Below, in pieces: positions 62,001 through 64,000 of a stretch of 64,000 bases of DNA. Within the stretch, counting starts at the first letter, position 1. The number at the start of each line of letters is the position of its first letter. The notes beneath the pieces were generated by a model that worked only from the letters and a program-made list of their open reading frames with translations, was not told where the DNA came from and did no database searches. A program made the position numbers and the translations under genes. This stretch comes from an uncultured Nitrospirales bacterium. GTDB taxonomy: Bacteria > Hydrogenedentota > Hydrogenedentia > Hydrogenedentales > SCBR16-9. Location: the NCBI GenBank assembly GCA_964537975.1, contig CAZIDP010000020.1, positions 783-64,782 of the forward strand, in the 5' to 3' direction.

Positions 62001-63524
62001 GCCGTCTTTGATTACCGGGCCGCCACGGGCCGACCAGAAACTGATGATCCGTTCATTGCCCAGCAGGCGATGATCGGACGGTCCACCACGGAACTTCCAG
62101 TTCAAACTGCCTGACGCGGCGTCAACGCAATACAAATGGCCATCATCCGAAATAAAGTAGACCTTGTCTTCCCAGGCGACAGGCGCAAGACGCACCGGGC
62201 CATCTGTGTAAAAGCGCCACAATTCTTGGCCATCCGCTGTATGGTAGGCGGTGACACTGTCCGTCACATTGGAGGGTACGTAAATCTGATCGCCGAGTAC
62301 AACAGGTGAATAAGAAATATCGAAATCCAGTTTGCCCCGGTGGTCCCACTGATGCCGCCAGGCCCTTTGGGGCTCGGGCAAGGTACGTACCCAGGCCAGA
62401 CCCAAATCATCGGACAAAACAACGGGAGTCTTTCCACTGCGAGCTGCGTCATATTGCCACATCGGCCAGTCCTCATAGGCAATGTATAGCGATGCCAGGG
62501 AGGAGGAATAGGTCATCCCCGAAGCAACGTCTGTGGCGATAACCTGGTACGCGCCTGCGTGCGCGTCGGTGACTTCAGGTAGGGTGTAGACATTTTCAGT
62601 GCTTGCGCTGTACCCCGGAATTTCTTCGCCATTAAAATACCAGGTGTAGGTAAGGTTTCGTTGCGTGTTCCAGAGTTCTACGGGACCTACGGTGACCGGC
62701 CTTCCTTTGGGAGCAGGTATATCTGTCAGGTCCGTCAGGAAAGACAAGGGCACCCACCGGGCACCCACGATGACACCATCATGCTGGCCCGCAGCCAAAT
62801 CTTTGATAAGGTTATCGTCACTATTATCGAAATCCCAATAGGCGGCAAGACCGGGCGTATCCACATCCAGCTTTTCGTTCATATCTTCCAGCGCTTCCGA
62901 TTGGGTTCGAGCAATGCGCCAGAACCGCATCTCGGCAATGTCACCGTTAAACGGGAAGTGATCGGGATGCGAAGACAGGTGAAGTGGGCCCGAGGGATTG
63001 GTTTCTCCCGGAGCAGGTGTCACAGTTGCTTCATGCCAGGCGTCCTGTTGCTTGTCATACACCCGCAAGGTTTGCGTGTTCGCGTCACGGTCCAGCACTG
63101 CCTGTACAAACACCCAACGCCCTTTGATGTCGGCGATGTGTGCGTCTGAATGCGTATCTGTGCGCTGACCATCACTGGCAATCACAAAATTCCAGCCAGC
63201 TCCTACATTCTGGCCAACATATATTCTGTCACCACCCCGCCATTCCAGGGGAAGATTCCAGGCGGTAGCGTCCGGGCTTGTCCTGGCCCAGAACTCGATT
63301 GAGAAGCTGTCAGAACCCGGGATACAGGCGACAGGCTCGGCTACTTCTACATAATCATTGCTGCCATCGAATTGTAACGCATGCGGTTGTGCGTGCGTAG
63401 TACCACTGGGTAGAATTCCGCACATCGACAATATCAACCATGTAATCTTGAAAACCAGAGAACCTGGAAAGAAACACTTGGGCATTCGAAGATTACATAC
63501 ATGCAGGCACGGCAACTTATTCAT
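59049..63524 (-). CDS. Exported multidomain paralog: LamG/ConA, Ig, PQQ-type propeller, methyltransferase-like domain, propeller, malectin-like domain
   Basis: ALQFDGSNDYV...FNGDIAEMRFW...YWDFD (LamG); YTWYFNG...AGAYQV (Ig); DWPMWQYDAARS; ALMLGAGSGDL; VRLHFAEH...GQRVFDI. Confidence 0.87.
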   Translation of the reverse strand: MNKLPCLHVCNLRMPKCFFPGSLVFKITWLILSMCGILPSGTTHAQPHALQFDGSNDYVEVAEPVACIPGSDSFSIEFWARTSPDATAWNLPLEWRGGDRIYVGQNVGAGWNFVIASDGQRTDTHSDAHIADIKGRWVFVQAVLDRDANTQTLRVYDKQQDAWHEATVTPAPGETNPSGPLHLSSHPDHFPFNGDIAEMRFWRIARTQSEALEDMNEKLDVDTPGLAAYWDFDNSDDNLIKDLAAGQHDGVIVGARWVPLSFLTDLTDIPAPKGRPVTVGPVELWNTQRNLTYTWYFNGEEIPGYSASTENVYTLPEVTDAHAGAYQVIATDVASGMTYSSSLASLYIAYEDWPMWQYDAARSGKTPVVLSDDLGLAWVRTLPEPQRAWRHQWDHRGKLDFDISYSPVVLGDQIYVPSNVTDSVTAYHTADGQELWRFYTDGPVRLAPVAWEDKVYFISDDGHLYCVDAASGSLNWKFRGGPSDHRLLGNERIISFWSARGGPVIKDGTVYFAAGIWPMHGVFIYALNAETGDVVWVNDTTSSAYVQLPHDGATGVGSIAPQGYIAASDEVLIVAGGRTPPATLDRHTGEVLEMSLRAKPQGGYAVNIDGIGRAENTMLSQQVEKQKHQIDGEVFEALVAHDRLYVTTTSGRLYCFAPDSDTPVRHDLSPTRLSPRTAQWAETAQSLVDELGEIEGYALMLGAGSGDLLIELLLRSELHIVVVEPDATRVRALRDELADAGVYGWRVAVIEDEPAAFKVQPYLFSLLVSEDSTAAGISAEASALAYILERLRPYGGIAYLGADDDKLTQLADAARAADVDRVRVELRHEYIFAQREGPLTGAGHWTHQYADASNTNFSPDNRTKTPLGILWFGGPCNSDILPRHGHGPIPQVIAGKVILPGNDTVSARCVYTGREMWQQTFPGLGHPFTDLELEEQFESGQEVFMHNADGIGANQLGSPFVSLPDGIYVRYMTRIYRLSTETGEVMAEFQLPVAPELEGKPDWGHLSIQGDVIITTVEPQVFEGEGNYTTVFETMADIKGRGWEGTSSRRLIALDRHSGEVLWIREAQTGFRHNAIVSGANCLYLIDRLSDSVLEHLQRRGEEPGNALLLALDLLTGDTLWTNPTGVFGTWLGYSSEYDILIQGGRPGGLRMLQDEPGDRISAFNGNTGEPLWENPALTSYWGPLAIRKDEIYMAPAARSGIGYALNLLSGERKMRTQELTGESASWAYNRRYGCNSHNLSEHLITFRSGAAAYFDLEHDTGTGFFGGFRSGCTNNMVVADGVLNAPDYTRTCTCSYQHQTSLALIHMPDMPGIESWALYDGALPDPLGYGINFGAPGRRIDHTSGRIWHDLPGNHRRHASAILESEGSIDWVAASAIEITEVDQDSLTLYDLLTTNYTVRLHFAEHDTSVTSGQRVFDIVVNDEVVYQDFDIYAETGSAFLPVVKEFYVDSGTTMTVALRKASNAELYPIISGIELIANSGDIAVAKKFE

Positions 63525-63893
63525 GTCAGTGTCCCCCTGACTGTTCGCAAAACATTATTGTCCGCACTGAATACAAGGTTCACTATAGAGCTTTATGCAT
63601 TTCCAGTCAAGTTGCGTGGAATCAGTTATATGATAATTGTTTATGATTTTTTCTTTATATTAATGCCAATTTAATATCAATCACGTCTATGCGTCTAAGG
63701 TTATAGCAGAAACATATCAGTAACATGCTAAAAGGCGCTGCATAAGTCCTTATAAAATGACCTATAGATTATGAACGCATCTTTATTTGACTTAATATTA
63801 TGCAACATGTTTTACTGTATTTCATGTATTAGTTTTGCGACTCATTTTGTTATGATTGAAAATCTATTTATGAATAGTTATGCGGAGAGTAAC

Positions 63894-64000
63894 ATGATTG
63901 ATGTACGAAAACATGTTTGTATCATGTTGACTATAACTTGTGTATTTTTAATGATGCACTACGCACAGTGTCAGGATGCAACCTTCCCTGATGTGCGTGA
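63894..64000 (+). CDS. N-terminus of a probable exported protein (runs off the window)
   Basis: GGAG RBS; MIDVRKHVCIMLTITCVFLMMHYAQCQDATFPDVR with no stop before the window end. Confidence 0.55.
   Translation, partial: MIDVRKHVCIMLTITCVFLMMHYAQCQDATFPDVR

Noticed and set aside
55374-63524. Calling the propeller proteins BamB or PQQ dehydrogenases
   Set aside because: Size, extra domains and genomic context do not fit BamB, and quinoprotein dehydrogenase catalytic motifs were not recognised.

Overview
Chromosomal 64-kb window from a diderm, carbohydrate-degrading bacterium. The DUF1559-type prepilin proteins, giant propeller/malectin proteins and GH99-like enzymes suggest a PVC-like or Ca. 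Hydrogenedentes-like lineage (inference only). Housekeeping content: uvrB, a long RelA/SpoT, sucA-sucB-lpdA and three tRNAs (Ser-CGA, Gln-CTG, Glu-CTC). Scattered glycan-catabolism genes include two GH99-like/WbsX proteins, heparinase II/III, sulfatase, NagA, GH5, GH127 and a DUF4038 protein. I found no integrase, transposase or CRISPR array. Three loci stand out. (1) A ~14-kb co-oriented 8-gene cluster (63524-49621): two giant exported beta-propeller/methyltransferase-like/malectin paralogs, a MacB/FtsX-type ABC pair, a conserved hypothetical, a ModA-like binding protein, an apparently exported SAM methyltransferase and a prepilin-like protein; a CxC motif recurs in four of the products. (2) A tightly coupled operon encoding a VTC polyphosphate-polymerase domain, DUF4956 and a membrane-fusion protein, with PhoB-like 11-bp-period repeats upstream. 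(3) A ~200-nt GGA-rich intergenic element with CsrA/RsmA-consensus hairpins, resembling a CsrB/RsmZ-type sRNA. All family assignments come from motif recognition by eye, not database searches.
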